The notes beneath the pieces are model-generated. The model saw only the letters and a list, made by a program, of their open reading frames with translations, had not been told where the DNA came from and did not search any database. Positions 47,841-60,584 of a stretch of 64,000 nucleotides of DNA are shown here, piece after piece. The stretch comes from Felis catus (lineage: Eukaryota). The translations under genes and the position numbers were made by a program. Position 1 is the first letter of the stretch; every line of letters begins with the position of its first letter. Location of the stretch: the NCBI RefSeq assembly GCF_018350175.1, contig NC_058368.1, forward strand, positions 142,540,001 to 142,604,000, written 5' to 3'.

Positions 47841-50490
47841 AGACATCAGTACTTTTTACAATGCATGTCGTTATCTAGTTTTTTTAAAGGTAAAATTTGC
47901 ATTTGGTGAATTATACAAACCTTAAGTATACCATGAATGCATCTATCTTGGACACTTAATTCTATGTCCTTGGCCTCTGTTGTCATAGATACTGCTCTGC
48001 CATAGGTCCTCCTCTTCCAGGTAGGGGTGGGGTGGTAGGGGAACACACAGGAGGGGAGGGGCCCATCTAGAGGCCATTCATCCTTTGAGGTCCAGCAAGG
48101 TCCTGCTCCTCTGGGAGATCCAGACTGAGCTGATGTTCTAGTAACTGTGCACATCACCACTTCATAGATCCAAGAGAGTTGAAGATGTCATTTAATTTAT
48201 GTGGTGTGGGAAGTCCTTTTGCCGTATCCTTAACAAATGATATTCAGTCTCTCTTTGCATGCTTCCAGCATCCGCACTAGGTTCGCTTTCCCAACTCAGT
48301 TCTTTTTATTGATGGGCTGGAATTTTTCTTCCCATAACTGCCAAATTCTTCCTTCAGAACACAGATTCAAGATCCCTGTTAAAATAGGAAGCCTCATTTC
48401 TCATTTGCCGTCTATTTTCTCTCAATTTCTCTAGGTTTTTCTATTCTTCCTCATTTGGCACTTTATCACATCCTGCCTTGAATTGTTCACTAATGTTTCA
48501 TATCTTCTGTCTCCTTAATGAAGTTTCCTGAGGGCAAGGACCACATCTAAGGCTTCCGTATGCCAGTCTGAAACACCGCCCTCCTAGAAGGTGCTCAACG
48601 CATGGGTGTGATTGACGTAGAGAAAAATAAGAATATTACAGGTGTCAGATATAAATGTAACTGATCTTTGGGTGCCAACAACTTAATGAGCTTTAGTCTT
48701 TTCAATATATTTGAACATCATGAGCAAGAAAATTTGTACATCACCCCATCTATATTGTGTAGAGGAAGCAGCCTTGGAATATAACACCTTAATGAAGATC
48801 CTTGATTAATGAAGCTACAAATAAAAACACTGGTCCACTAACTCTGTTGTCAAAGTTGGGCTGCCTGAGCTGCCATGACTGTATACTTTGGATTATTAGG
48901 ATCATAATTTTGGAGAAGAAAACCTTGCTGTTCAAGAATCTTCTCTGAAATGTCCACCCCAAGGCCAGGGCTGGGGAAACCATATTTCAGTCCAGGGCAC
49001 ATTCAAAGGGTTTTCTGGTATGAAGTTTCTTCAAATCCCCCAGACCCATCTTCCAAACAAAGTCTTCCTGTTTCCCATAAAGGGTCCTGATTTTTGGTGG
49101 ATCATGTAAATGAAGATAGTCCAGTTCCATTCAGGTCTTATCCACCCACTTTCTTCCCAATTCATTCACGGGAAACCCAACTTGAAATGTCTCTATAAAC
49201 TTTCTTTAATTCCATAAACGCCTCCATTTGGGGCAAGTAAGAACTCTGTTGACTCAGCTGGTTTCCATTTTTTCTGGTTGTGTCTGCAGAAAAGAGAACG
49301 GAGCTAATTTTTACCAAACTTTCTCCTCTCTGCTTCTCATGAGACCAAAAGTTAGCCAGATGCCAAATAATCACTCTAACAACCTAACTGTGTTCCTGCC
49401 CTGTACATTTTTCTTTTCTTCCAAAATTAAGGGACCCCCCCCCTTACCCACCACCAAACCCATGATCATGTATAGATTTCACAAGAGGCAAGAGCTGTTG
49501 ACACCACCCAGATGGGGCCTGGGAGGCACTGGTTCTTCCCTGGACATGGAGAGCACTTTCAGAGAGCACAGAGAATTGGTGTAGAAGCCTCTGATATACT
49601 TGTGATGACTCATGTCCACTGGGAGCTTAGTAAATGTAAAATAAGTCTATGCAGATTTTTAAAGGCACATCATGCTAGCAGCATGATGGCACTCAAAAGG
49701 GCTGCTCTGGGGAGACATCTTAAAATAAGCAACTTAGGATCTCAAGGTTTTGGGATAAATGTGTCTTGTTCACTCCTGCTGTAAACCCACACGTCGTATA
49801 TGGTCCCATGATAAGCATAGGAGTTACCTACTATTACAGTGACTGTTGTCCAGAGAGGCTGGGCCTTGTCTGGTGGAGGTGCTGAGAGGGAGTTCCTGCA
49901 AAAGCCGAGATCAAGAAGGCCAGAGCAAGTATGTCCAGCTGCCTGGGGTGCATCAGGGGTAGCCTGGGGAAGCTCAGTTCTGTGTTCGGTGCACTTAACA
50001 TGGTGCCCAGAACAAGTACAAAAAACCCACTGGGTTGACTGCAGAAATGGATGGACAGTAAAAGAAGGGATAGGAGATGATGGGGAGAGGCCAGGACAAT
50101 CTTCTGAATTGTCCTGGGTAATCAGGACAGTTTCCCTGAGCAGAAATAGCATCCAGGCTTGTATTTAATTGCTTGCTTGGTGCACGGATGGTGAGTCTAT
50201 TTGGTTTACATGAAAGTACGGCACCAAATAAAACAGCTGCCTTCAAAACAAGATGGTTTTGCCTTCTGGAGCTGACTTATTAACGCTAGCAGTTTCTCCT
50301 TCACTTGGGAGCAAAAAGATCTGCCCCTTGTGTGTACAAGTCAAAGCTAACCTGTGTCAACTTTTTTTGAACCTATGACTTCTAACCATGCTATTAATTC
50401 ACAATGTCAAAAGGCTCTTCTTTTGCACTGAACAGGTTAAAGATACTTAGCACAGAGTTGGATACTGGATCTACATTTTAAAAATATCTC

Positions 50491-50687
50491 GGAGCACCTG
50501 GGTGGCTGAGTGGTTGAGCTTCTGACTCTTGATTTTGGCTTGGGTCATGGTTTGTGGGTTCTAGCCCCACATTGGGCTCCACACTGACAGTGTAAAGCCT
50601 GCTGGGGTTCTCTCTGTCCTTCTCTCTCTGCCTCTCTCTTGCTCGCTTGCTCTCTCAAAATAAATAAACTTGAAACTTTAAAAAAAA
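50491..50687 (+). mobile_element. CanSINE
   Basis: ggagcacctgggtggctgagtggttgag head, CT linker, tail. Confidence 0.9.
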
Positions 50688-51254
50688 TCTTTTATCTCAG
50701 CTAGAAGAGCTTTATTTTAATAGTCACAGCACTGCCTGAAGGACTGATAAACTATGACCATTAAATTATGAACCTTTTAAATGATCTTTAAATGGCCATT
50801 AAAAAACCCAAATACATTACAATGTATAACACAAATATGTTATATATACCTAAATAAATGTTTTTCTTGAAACCATCTTTTTACTCAAATGATGCCATTA
50901 TTGCTAGAAATTCAGAATCTCTCTTTCAAAGTAGCCTTCAGATAAATCAGCACATAAAACAACAACAACTAGCATAAAAGCAAAACGATGTCACCTGACT
51001 TGAGGGTCCCAGGTTTGCTTCTTTGAGCCAATGCAATTTTCTGTCTTTCACACTTTTTGCAACTTTGTCCCAGCCCATCTCCCCTCTTTCACATCATGAA
51101 CTAATAACTAAGAGATCCCAACAGATGTGTTTTAATAGTGCTGAGAATGGAAATGTCCAGCAAAAAGACAGAGCAGACAACTGCAGCCTGTAATCTCAGA
51201 GACCAAGGGGCATGGCCACTGACCCAAATCTATAAAGACTGTAACAAATGTAGT

Positions 51255-51458
51255 GGGGGTGCCTGGAGGGCTCAGTCAGTTAAGCGTTCGACTTTCGATT
51301 TCAGCTCAGGTCATGATCTCACGCTTCATGGGATCAAGGCCCACTTCGGGCTCTGTGCTGACAGTGCAGAGCCTGCTTGGGATTCTGTCTCTGCCTCTCC
51401 CCTGCTTGTGTCCTCTCTTTCAAAATAAATAAATAAATAAACTTAAAAAAAAAAAAAG
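51255..51458 (+). mobile_element. CanSINE
   Basis: gggggtgcctggagggctcagtcagttaagcg head; flanking aaatgta(a)gtgg duplication. Confidence 0.9.
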
Positions 51459-52079
51459 AAGAAATGTAAGTGGTTAAGTGGCCAAAGTGTCCTCAACTCA
51501 AATCAAGTTGAACCTCCATTAAGCCAGAGAATATTCCTTGGTTATAGCCAAGAGGTACCACCATGCATCCAATGCAGACCTTGATTTGGTCAAAATCCTT
51601 TTCTGCAACAAGCCAGAACATGAGCACTGCCCAGCCATGCTAGAGCTGGTTGCCACTGGATGTTGGGGAAGTTTGAGGCTCAGAGATAAGGTAAAAAAGA
51701 ATCAATTGTTGTTTGAATCCCCTCAATGGCAGCAGCTTTAAGAGAGACTTACGAGAGTTGTCTTGGGCCAGTATTTAGGGAAGATTAATTTGTGTGAGTT
51801 CTAGTTGTGTGGAGCTATAGGAGAGAACACCAGCTCAGGTAGCCAAGGGTAATAAAGAACCTGGGGTGTGTCAAGATTTGGAACCAGCCAGAAAACCTGG
51901 TTGGCTTGTTTTGATTATTAAACATTATGTGATTGTTTTAAAACCATAAAATGCTTTTGTTGATATGTTATTACCCACCATGAAAGCAAACAAGCTTCAA
52001 CCTTTCCGTCCTCCCAGTTATCACTTAGGCACATTCACCCCTATCTCCTTTGCTCTTTGCTCTTTCCTTATCTGTTCCT

Positions 52080-52620
52080 GTTCTTATCCATCCCAGACTA
52101 ATAACCCGTGCAACATCTGTTCTCTTCTAAATCCATTCCTTCCTGCTTCCTGAGTTCCTGTTCCACCCATTATGCCCCACCCATTCACCTCGTCAATCTC
52201 TCTCTCCCTCTTCCCCATCATCATTCAAATATGCTCTAAGATCTCCTAACAAAGGGAGAAACACTCTCTCATGCCATTCCATGCTTAGAGGTACTTCTTG
52301 TTTCTCACACTATCATGGTTTTTGTTTGCTTATAGTCAGCCTTCTGGAAAGGGAACACTCTACTCACCACCTCCAATTACTTACATCCCATTCATACTCG
52401 AGCTCACAGCAAGTCTGGTTCCTGAATCCATCACTTCACTGAAATTGGTTTTGTCAAGAGACTACCTCCACCAAATCCAATGGACATCCCCCCTCCCCAT
52501 TAATCCACTTTCTCGACTCGCTTCCCTCAGTGTCTATGGGAACACACTCTACTAGTGTTTCTCCCATTTTCCCAACTGTTCCATTTCATCTTTCTTCCTC
52601 CACTCATTCCTCAAACATTG
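52080..52620 (+). mobile_element. L2 internal fragment
   Basis: C/T-rich L2-like motifs cacttcactgaaattggttttgtcaagagactacctcc...ccaaatccaatggaca. Confidence 0.55.
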
Positions 52621-54436
52621 GGGATCGTTCTTGGCCTCTAAGGGCATTGATATTTCTTCAGCTCTTAGGAGGAAGCTCATTGACAAACAGTTAGTTCACA
52701 GTCCAGGCCCTATCTTGATCCAAAGGGTCTGGAGTTGGTGCTTTCTCCCTCTTTTGGGGGCTCTTATCTTCCAGATATCTGGTTTAGTGAGTCAGCCTGT
52801 GGCCACTTGCTGCTGGGAAAGCACATCTTATAAAGGCACAGTTTCACCAACAATGCTCTAGACACCAAAATCAACCCCTTTTTGTTTCCTTACCCTTTTT
52901 TTCATCATGCCTTTTCTAGGATTCAACTTTCTGCTCTATAAAAAGGATAAGACAGAGTGGAGACTTGCCTCTGGGTTTATGAAGACACGTGGCCATTCAG
53001 TCTGTTGGATCTTAGATGTGTCCGTTGCAGGCCAGAGAATCTGTGGCTTCATGAGTTAGACCCAGCACACCAGGGCCAGGGGCCAGTCCTTGAAGGCAGG
53101 GGCTAAAGCCATCAAACATCAAACCTGCATAGGTAGGTTCTTTATAAACTTATCTGTCCCAGAGTCCCAGAACAGGATTTAGGGGTTGAGGTCCATCTTT
53201 ATCTCACGATTTGTAGCCATAGCCTTTTTCTTCTCTATAAACACTTGTCCTGAGAGATCTGACCTACCCACAGGGATCCAAATATTGCACGTGGGTAATG
53301 ATGCCAAATCACCATCTCTAACACAGAGACAGGATTCCTGACCTTCAGGCCCATATCTAATTACAGGATCAACACATCTAAAAGTTAATTCATTAGCAGT
53401 CCCCAAACACCTCCCTTCATTTCCTTCTCCCCATTCTGTCTTTACCTGCCTCCCCCGCTCCCTTTCTGTATGGTTAGATGCTACTTCTTCATAAAAATGA
53501 GCCAAACCAAGATATCACTTCACTGGAAGGTTTCCCTGGCCCCTAAGATTGGGTTGGCCTTCCACTATGTTCGTACAGTGACCTGCACTTTCCCAATATG
53601 AAATTGCATTATAACCACTTGTTCCCTTTCCAGTATTCCTACTACAATGCATTCTTCCAGGGCAGGAATGCTATCTTGGATGTGAAAGTCCAAGAATAAG
53701 TACACAGGTAAAATGGAAAAACTGTCCTGTTGCAGATTGAAACACTAGCCTTCCTCAAACACAAGCCATCAGTTCATTGAGCTAGCTGAATTTGTAACAT
53801 CGTTTTTCTTCCACCATTGCCTTCAAATGAACTCTGTGTCTCCTTTCTTACTCTTTAGTGATTTCTCCAGGCTGAGTCCAAAACTTCAGTCTCATTCAGG
53901 TACTAGAACATTCCTATCTGGGGATATTAAAAGCTCCAATCTAAACCCACACTTGAGTCTCATATCTGGTTTAGTTCCTTTTCACTATTCAGCCTAGCTC
54001 TTACATAAGGGTTAAGAGTCTCCAGTGGGGAAGGTGGTATGTCTGTTCTTTCATTCTTCCAGATTTGCCTTTTTCACTTACCGCCCCCCCCCCACCCCGC
54101 CCAGCCTCCCAGTCTCCCAGTCTTCTTCAGGATCCACTAGGGCTGAGCAGATGAGAAAAATGAGAGGAATTGATGAGGCCATTATGTTCAACAGGGCAGT
54201 TTGTAGTTATCGCCTGAGGGCCTGAAGTCTTCTTCATTCCAAGCCCAACTCTTTTATAGGGCATGCTAAGACTTTTGAGATGCCCTCCACTACTCCCACC
54301 ACGGAGTCTTCCCACAGTGCACCACAAGTGATGCACTATCTGGCTGATCTGGGTCTCTCTCTGCTGAGACCCTTGCAAGGAAGCTCTCTGGCTATCACTT
54401 GGCCCATGGGAATCAATTCACTCTTAGCCTTCCAAA

Positions 54437-54475
54437 ATCAAGAGTTGGATGCCTGACTGAGCCACCCAGGTACCC
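54437..54475 (-). mobile_element. Tailless CanSINE head fragment (39 nt)
   Basis: Reverse reads GGGTACCTGGGTGGCTCAGTCAGGCATCCAACTCTTGAT; 19-bp TSD tcactcttaRccttccaaa at 54418-54436 and 54476-54494. Confidence 0.9.
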
Positions 54476-54630
54476 TCACTCTTAACCTTCCAAATGGCAG
54501 AATCACATCTTGCTATCCCTGCTGCCCTCTCTCACCTTACTCCACCACCCAGCTCCAGCTGGCTGGCTGCACTCACAGCTCCATGAGAGCCAGGTGCCAG
54601 GCCTCATGCCCCCAGACTCCAAGAGACACG

Positions 54631-54724
54631 TGGTAACTTCTCCCAAGACACTTCCATTCTCCGCTGTGGTAACAGCATGGTAACTTCTCCCAAGACACTT
54701 CCATTCTCCGCTGTGGTAACAGCA
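54631..54724. repeat. Perfect 47-bp tandem duplication
   Basis: tggtaacttctcccaagacacttccattctccgctgtggtaacagca twice. Confidence 0.95.
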
Positions 54725-56549
54725 CTCCACAGTCTGAAATGTTTTTGCCACTCAACAAGCTTCTGTCCACAGAGTAAGAGACCAGTTTGTCTCCTCTTCT
54801 TGCACGACCTGTCTCCCAAGCCTGAGGCTCTCTTGCCCCCACTCTTTGCTTCCTTTGGGTGAAGGATTCCCCTTTCCAGCGGGGAACAGAGGAAAAAGCA
54901 AAGCTGGCATGTCTTACGAATTCCCTTCAAAGCCCTTTCTCTCCTGAACCTCTAGTCTTTCCTTAGCAAGTCCTGTGGGATTTCTTTAGCATCTTCAGAA
55001 TGCGGGGGTCCTTATCACCACCGACTTCAGCTTTAAAGCTGTGGCCAACACCTGCGACAACAGGAAAAGTGCCATCGCACATCCTGTCAGCTGTTGCCTC
55101 TGCTTAAAACATTCTTTCTCCTGCCTTGAACCTGCCTTCAGCCTCACATCACTGCCCCATCAACTTCATCTAAAATATCATAGTAAAGAGTGAGGAAAAA
55201 AGGGTTCTACTGGAACATTATCTTCAAACAAAACAAAAACATCACAAAAACATATTCTGTCTCTTTTATAAAATGGATGTTGTATGATTGTACACTAATT
55301 CGTAGAATGAAAAAAGAAAGAGTTTTTTTTGGCATTAGCTGTTTGATAAAATTATAAGACAGCACAGTATGTCTTCCTCCATTTTACATTCAAGGACAGG
55401 AAGATAAAGAGGAATAATTTTGCAAAAAAGTATTCAAGAGTTTCGTCGGTTTCCTGAGGGCCCCTCTTCGGCCTTTGATATTCAAATCACCTTCCTTTGA
55501 AGAGCCTGACGTGTCAGTTTCCTTGTCAATTTTCTCTCCTCTGCTAACTGAGCTAGTTCCTCTGCCAGATCCTTCTTTGTTAAGTTTACCCATGAACGAG
55601 TAATTCTCCAACTTCACTGCCCACTTCCTGAAAGTGCATTTGATTTGCATCTTATTTCTGCATATGCACAACATTGGAAACAGCTGGAGGATGGCTGGCC
55701 AGGAGGATGAAGCAGCTGGCTAGGAAGGAGGCTGCTTTAATTAGGATGAAGGTACTTGCATATGGACACATTTTATGAGTGCCAAATTCCCCAGTCACCA
55801 CTGGGTTGTAACAACTTTTGCTTTCCCTTGCCACCTTATGACTTTGGGCTTAGATACTGAACAGTGGGATAACCAGGGGTCTCTGCCAGCCCCCAGGAAG
55901 GAGTCGTACCTTAAGTGCTTCTTAGCTAAGATTAGGAGGCAGGGACTGATTGGAGCCAGTGGAGAGCTCACAGGAGACACGGATGGTCGGGGCTGAGGAT
56001 GGCTAGGCTGAGCCGCAGAACCCGGAAAGGATTGGAAGGGTCTGAGAGAAGGTAAGGGAGCTCCAAGACCATTTTGGCTTCTGTGACCAAATGGGTGAGG
56101 CTCAGCCCTGAGATGGCACAGAAACTATCCAGTTTGGCAAGACAGCTTTTCAGTCCTGAGCCATCAACAGGACTGGAGGCATCTTTATAAGATAGCAGAC
56201 TACTTAGCAGCACCAAGGGAAAGCCTGGAGCTTCAAGTCATAATTTGCAAAATGGCTCCCCTCTCTAGCCAAACACTTCCAAGAAAGGGCTTTTTCCTAA
56301 ATCTGCTGCCTCACACCCAGTACTTGGCCTCTATAGCTGAGGCTCTGCCAGCAGAAGTCCTTCTGGGTCCACTATGTGTAAAAGCAGAATATTCAGCCTA
56401 ATGTCCTGTTTTGACTTAAGACCATTCCCCAGTCTCGGTGGCACAGAGGAAGGAGGGAAGCCATCACCGGTCCTTTCCATAAGCACTTCCTGAACTAGGA
56501 AGGAAGCAGGGATACAGAAAGGAGAATGGGACTGGGTGGAGGGACACAG

Positions 56550-57168
56550 CGGGCATCTGAGATGGTGCCCAGAGATTGCTGCCTCTGGTATCCACAGCCT
56601 TGAGTAACCTCCTCCCCTAACGTGGGCTGGATTTAGTGCCTGGCTTCTAACAAATAGAATATGGCAGACATAATGGGTGTCATTTCTGAGAGATTAGTTA
56701 TGAATGGCTGTGCCTTCCATCATGGTACTCGCGCTCTCTCTTGAATCCTACTCACCCTCCTCCAAATCAAGCCTTCAGCTGAGATGCCCACCCCACGAGA
56801 GCCTTTAGTCAGAGCCACCCAGCTAAGATGGACTCAGATTCCTGATCCTTAGAAACTGGAGGAGGTTATATTTTTTGTTGACCGTTAGCATGATAGATGG
56901 TTCTCCATCCCCTTATTTTCAATCTGAAGGTGTCTTTCGGTCTAAAGTGGGTCTCTTGTAAACAGCATATAGATGGATCTTTTTTCTTATCCATTCTGTT
57001 ACCCGATGTCTTTTGATTGGAGCATTGAGTCCATTGACGTTTAGAGCGAGCACTGAAAGATATGAATTTATTGCCTTTATGATGCTTGTAGAGTTGGAGG
57101 AGGTTATATTTTTTTGTCTCCAGATGTAATTTTGTGATAATTTGTTACACAGCAATAAACAATGCACA
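56550..57168 (+). mobile_element. MLT1 (MaLR) LTR, MLT1E/F-like, interrupted by an L1 fragment
   Basis: gtgggctggatttagtgcctggcttctaacaaatagaatatggcaga...ccacccagctaagatggactcagattcctga...taatttgttacacagcaataaac. Confidence 0.8.
56879..57094 (-). mobile_element. Internal carnivore L1 fragment (ORF2 start / endonuclease N-terminus) with TSD and no poly(A)
   Basis: Translates INSYLSVLALNVNGLNAPIKRHRVTEWIRK; flanked by tggaggaggttatatttttt(t)gt at 56857-56878 and 57095-57117. Confidence 0.9.
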
Positions 57169-58299
57169 GGGCAGGGGGGATTGTGTAGGGGTTGTTTCCC
57201 TGAATTCTCAGTCCAGGTGAGAGGAAAATATCAGAATCTCCAAACAGTCTTCATTACCATGGAAGACACCTGTGATCCTGGGCCCCAGGAGTTTGATTTT
57301 TTAAGAAATGGCTCTCTAACTTCCATTGCCACAGTCAGGTCAAGGGACATATGTGTAACTCAAATGGCTCTGCTCTTCCTGTCATGGTCTCCCAGCTCTA
57401 CTTGCTGCTACTACCTTAACTAACTGTGGGTTCCTTGAATGGAAAGACTGTGCCTTATTTATGTTAGTTACCTGCCGGGCCAGATGTTGGCATACATAGG
57501 AGATGCTTAACAAATGTGAATATATGTGGTCTTAAATACGTTTGTGCCTTACACTTTTCACCAAGATTCATGCTATCCTCGTCTGCACCTAGGGGACCAA
57601 GCTTACACCTCTATTGTCCCCAACCCCTGCCTTTAAAAATGTGTTCAACTCCACTTTCCTTAAGGAGACCACTGGTTTATTTCCACTGTCTCTACACCAA
57701 AAAACCCACCCACTCCCACCCTGTGGAAGGAAGAAAGCCTGAGTAAATATGGATCGATAACAAAAGAGCATCAGGAAATAGGCCATCTGCCCCTTCCAGC
57801 TAGCCTTTGGCATTTGCAAGGCTAATCTCAGCACCAAATGTAAGCTATGAAGCCAGTTTTCTGCAGGGAAAGCCACACATGGAAAAGCATTTGTAATACA
57901 GCTTGAACAAATGAAAGGAGGAAAATCTTAGGGAAGGATTGGAAGATGAAGGAGGAAAATCTGAGTCTGTCCAAATCTGAGGCCATAAAAAGTGTTTGAA
58001 GCCATCAGCTGGTATCTTGGAGGAGATCCCAGGATAAACAAAACCTGCCTGCAGAGTCTGGATAGTGTAATGTTCACCCTGATTTGAGGAAGGCGCTGAA
58101 GTCCTTCCAGCTGATACAGACAAAGCCTTTGAAGATAGCCAGCATTCCAGACACAGAGCAGGCCACAGGGCGGGGTTACCATCAGGCTGGGTACACAGGG
58201 TCTGCAGGTCGGGTGGAAACCAGGGCTGCAGGTCAGGAACAAGGACCAGCATTTGAAGTCAGGGAAGAGAATGGCGTCCTAAAACTAAAAGATGATTGA

Positions 58300-58680
58300 G
58301 TCCTATGAATTCAACAAAAGGAACATTCGTTCAACTCCTATTGTCTAAGTGTCAAGCACGGCTCCACGAGACAAAAATATTCCATTAAACACATCAGACA
58401 TGAGACTTCCGCCTGGTAGGGAGACAGACGTTTCTACACGAATAACAACTCAGTGTGATGTCCACTCTCATAGGAAAACATTCCGGTTCAGCTGCACTAA
58501 GGAAAGCTTCCCGAGGGAAGGAACCGTTGATGTTTAGACCTGAGGAGGAGCTAGGTAGTCCAGAAAAGAGTAGAAGGAACTGTGTGAAGGGACGAGCCTG
58601 TGTTAAGGCCCAGAATCACCAGAGGGCTGGCAGTTGGAAGATTTGACAGAAGGGCAGAAAGTGAGATGAAACCATCAGGA
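58300..58680 (-). mobile_element. L2 3' end
   Basis: attcaacaaa...ctcctattgtctaagtgtcaagcacgg...ggaaagcttcccgagggaagg...agacctgaggaggagctagg...aaggcccaga. Confidence 0.6.
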
Positions 58681-59049
58681 TTATTCACACTAAAAAGAAA
58701 AGGCTACAAGTGGAACGAAAGTTTTCAATCCTAAATTGTTTACACAGAGGACGCTCACTGACCTCCCCCACTGAGTCTCACTCGGGGGGGGGGGGGGGGG
58801 GGGAAGGGGCTTCAGGAACCCCACTCAGGTGGGTCAGCCCATGTATAAGAGCCTGAAGGTACAACAGCACTGTCACCAGGGAGAGACAGGTGGTCCTCAG
58901 AACTTCTCTCGTGTGTGGGGTGGGGTGGGATCAACCCCAGGGGAATGTTTAGGAAGAAGCAAGCGGTTGTTCCATGGACTCTCAGGGTGAGTCTGTTACC
59001 CGCAGGGCTTTCGTGTTGCCAAGTGCGCGTGCAGGTTGGGACCAGGCTT

Positions 59050-59600
59050 GCTGAGTTTGGGATCACAGGGGAGTCCTGGGGTAATTGCCAGAGGCCTTCC
59101 CTCTCCACCCCGCCCCCCACCACGGTACCCCCATTCCCATATTAAAAGAACATCACTTTGAAGGACCACCATTTTTTTTGCGTTTCTCACAAGTGTCAGT
59201 TTGACTCTGTCTATAAGAAAGGAGAAGGATCTTGCCCGTTCTTTCTCCTCTTCTTTCCTTTTCCCTGCCTGCCGACAACGTCCCAAAGACTGAGCCTAAA
59301 GGAGAGACAGCTGAGCACTCCAAATGCACCACCTGCGGGAGGCATTAGCCGCTCTAGCTGAGATGGTGGCTGCTGTGGGAACTAACGCCCCCCTTTAGCT
59401 GGGGCTCCCGTTCCGCCCCTCCCGCTCCTGCTCCCTCTGGGCCGAACCAGTAGATCTGGGGAGGAAGGACGGTGATCAGGATGCTCAAAAAAGAGCCATA
59501 GGGGCCAATAAAAATATGGAAAAGTCCAATCTCCTGGTACTGAACGAAACACAAAATCATGTAACATTTTAAAGCCTGTCAAGCCAATTGGATGATAATA
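59050..59600. promoter_or_regulatory. Possible GC-box/CCAAT regulatory region
   Basis: Repeat-free, modest CpG retention, CCGCCC at ~59110 and 59413, CCAAT at 59505, 59526 and 59584. Motif evidence only. Confidence 0.3.
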
Positions 59601-60121
59601 AGGACGAGTGAAAGTAAAGGCAAGTTCTAGTTATTGAAAGTTACACGTAAAAAAAGGGGAGCGATTAATGGCACCACCTTCTCACTTCTCTGTTCCACCA
59701 TCCCTGGGCAAAGACAGGCCGTTTCTCCACTACTGGGGAAGGATTAGCTACCCCCTGGCATGGCTGCACTTGGTGACTAGGTGGGCTTGCAGCAGGGACA
59801 GGAGAGGGAAATCACTGCTGTGGCTTATCCTGAAAGCCAGCAGATGCCCTTCAGTGGCCCAGCCCATGTGCAGCACCAGACCAGACACCCCAGACCTGCG
59901 TGAGAAGCAGGGCATTCTCTCTCGCTGACATTTATCCTTCTAACCAGTAACTGGTAAGAGGAGTTGTGGGCATAATTCCTTATGGCCCAGCCACATAACT
60001 TGTTACTTAAAGCAACAATGTTTAGCTAACTACAGAAATCAAAGCATTTCTTAAACTAAGAGAAGCCAAGAAAAAGCCTGGGTCCTGTTCACCAATACAG
60101 AGCTCTCTAATTTATAACATT

Positions 60122-60584
60122 TTATTTATTTTTAAAAAACTTTTGTTGATGGGGGCGCCTGGGTGGCCCAGTTGGTTAAGTACCCGACTTAGGCTCAGGT
60201 GGTGATCTCATGGTTTATGGGTTCGAACCCTGTGTCGGGTTCTGTGCTGACTGCTCAGAGCCTGGAACCTTCTTTGGATTCTGTGTCTCCTCCTCTCTTT
60301 GCCCCTCCCCTGCCCACACTCTGTCTGTCTCTCTCCCCCTCAAAATAAATAAACATTAAATTTTTTTTTAAATTTTGTTGATGTTTATTTATTTTGGGGA
60401 CAGAAACACAGAGCCACAAGCAAGGGAGGAGCAGAGAGAGAGAGAGGGAGACAGAGAATCTGAAACAGGCTCCAGGCTCCGAGCTGTCAGCACAGAGGTC
60501 AATGTGGGGCTTGAACTCACGAACCACAAGATCATGACCTGAGCCGAAGTCGGACGCTTAACTAACTGAGCCACCCAGGTGCCC
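60122..60584. mobile_element. Minus-strand CanSINE with a plus-strand CanSINE (60151-60370) nested in its tail
   Basis: Outer TSD ctaatttataacatt (60107, 60585); inner TSD ttttgttgatg (60141, 60373). Confidence 0.9.

Noticed and set aside
54631..54724. CRISPR-like repeat
   Set aside because: Two abutting copies with no spacers, in a mammalian context.
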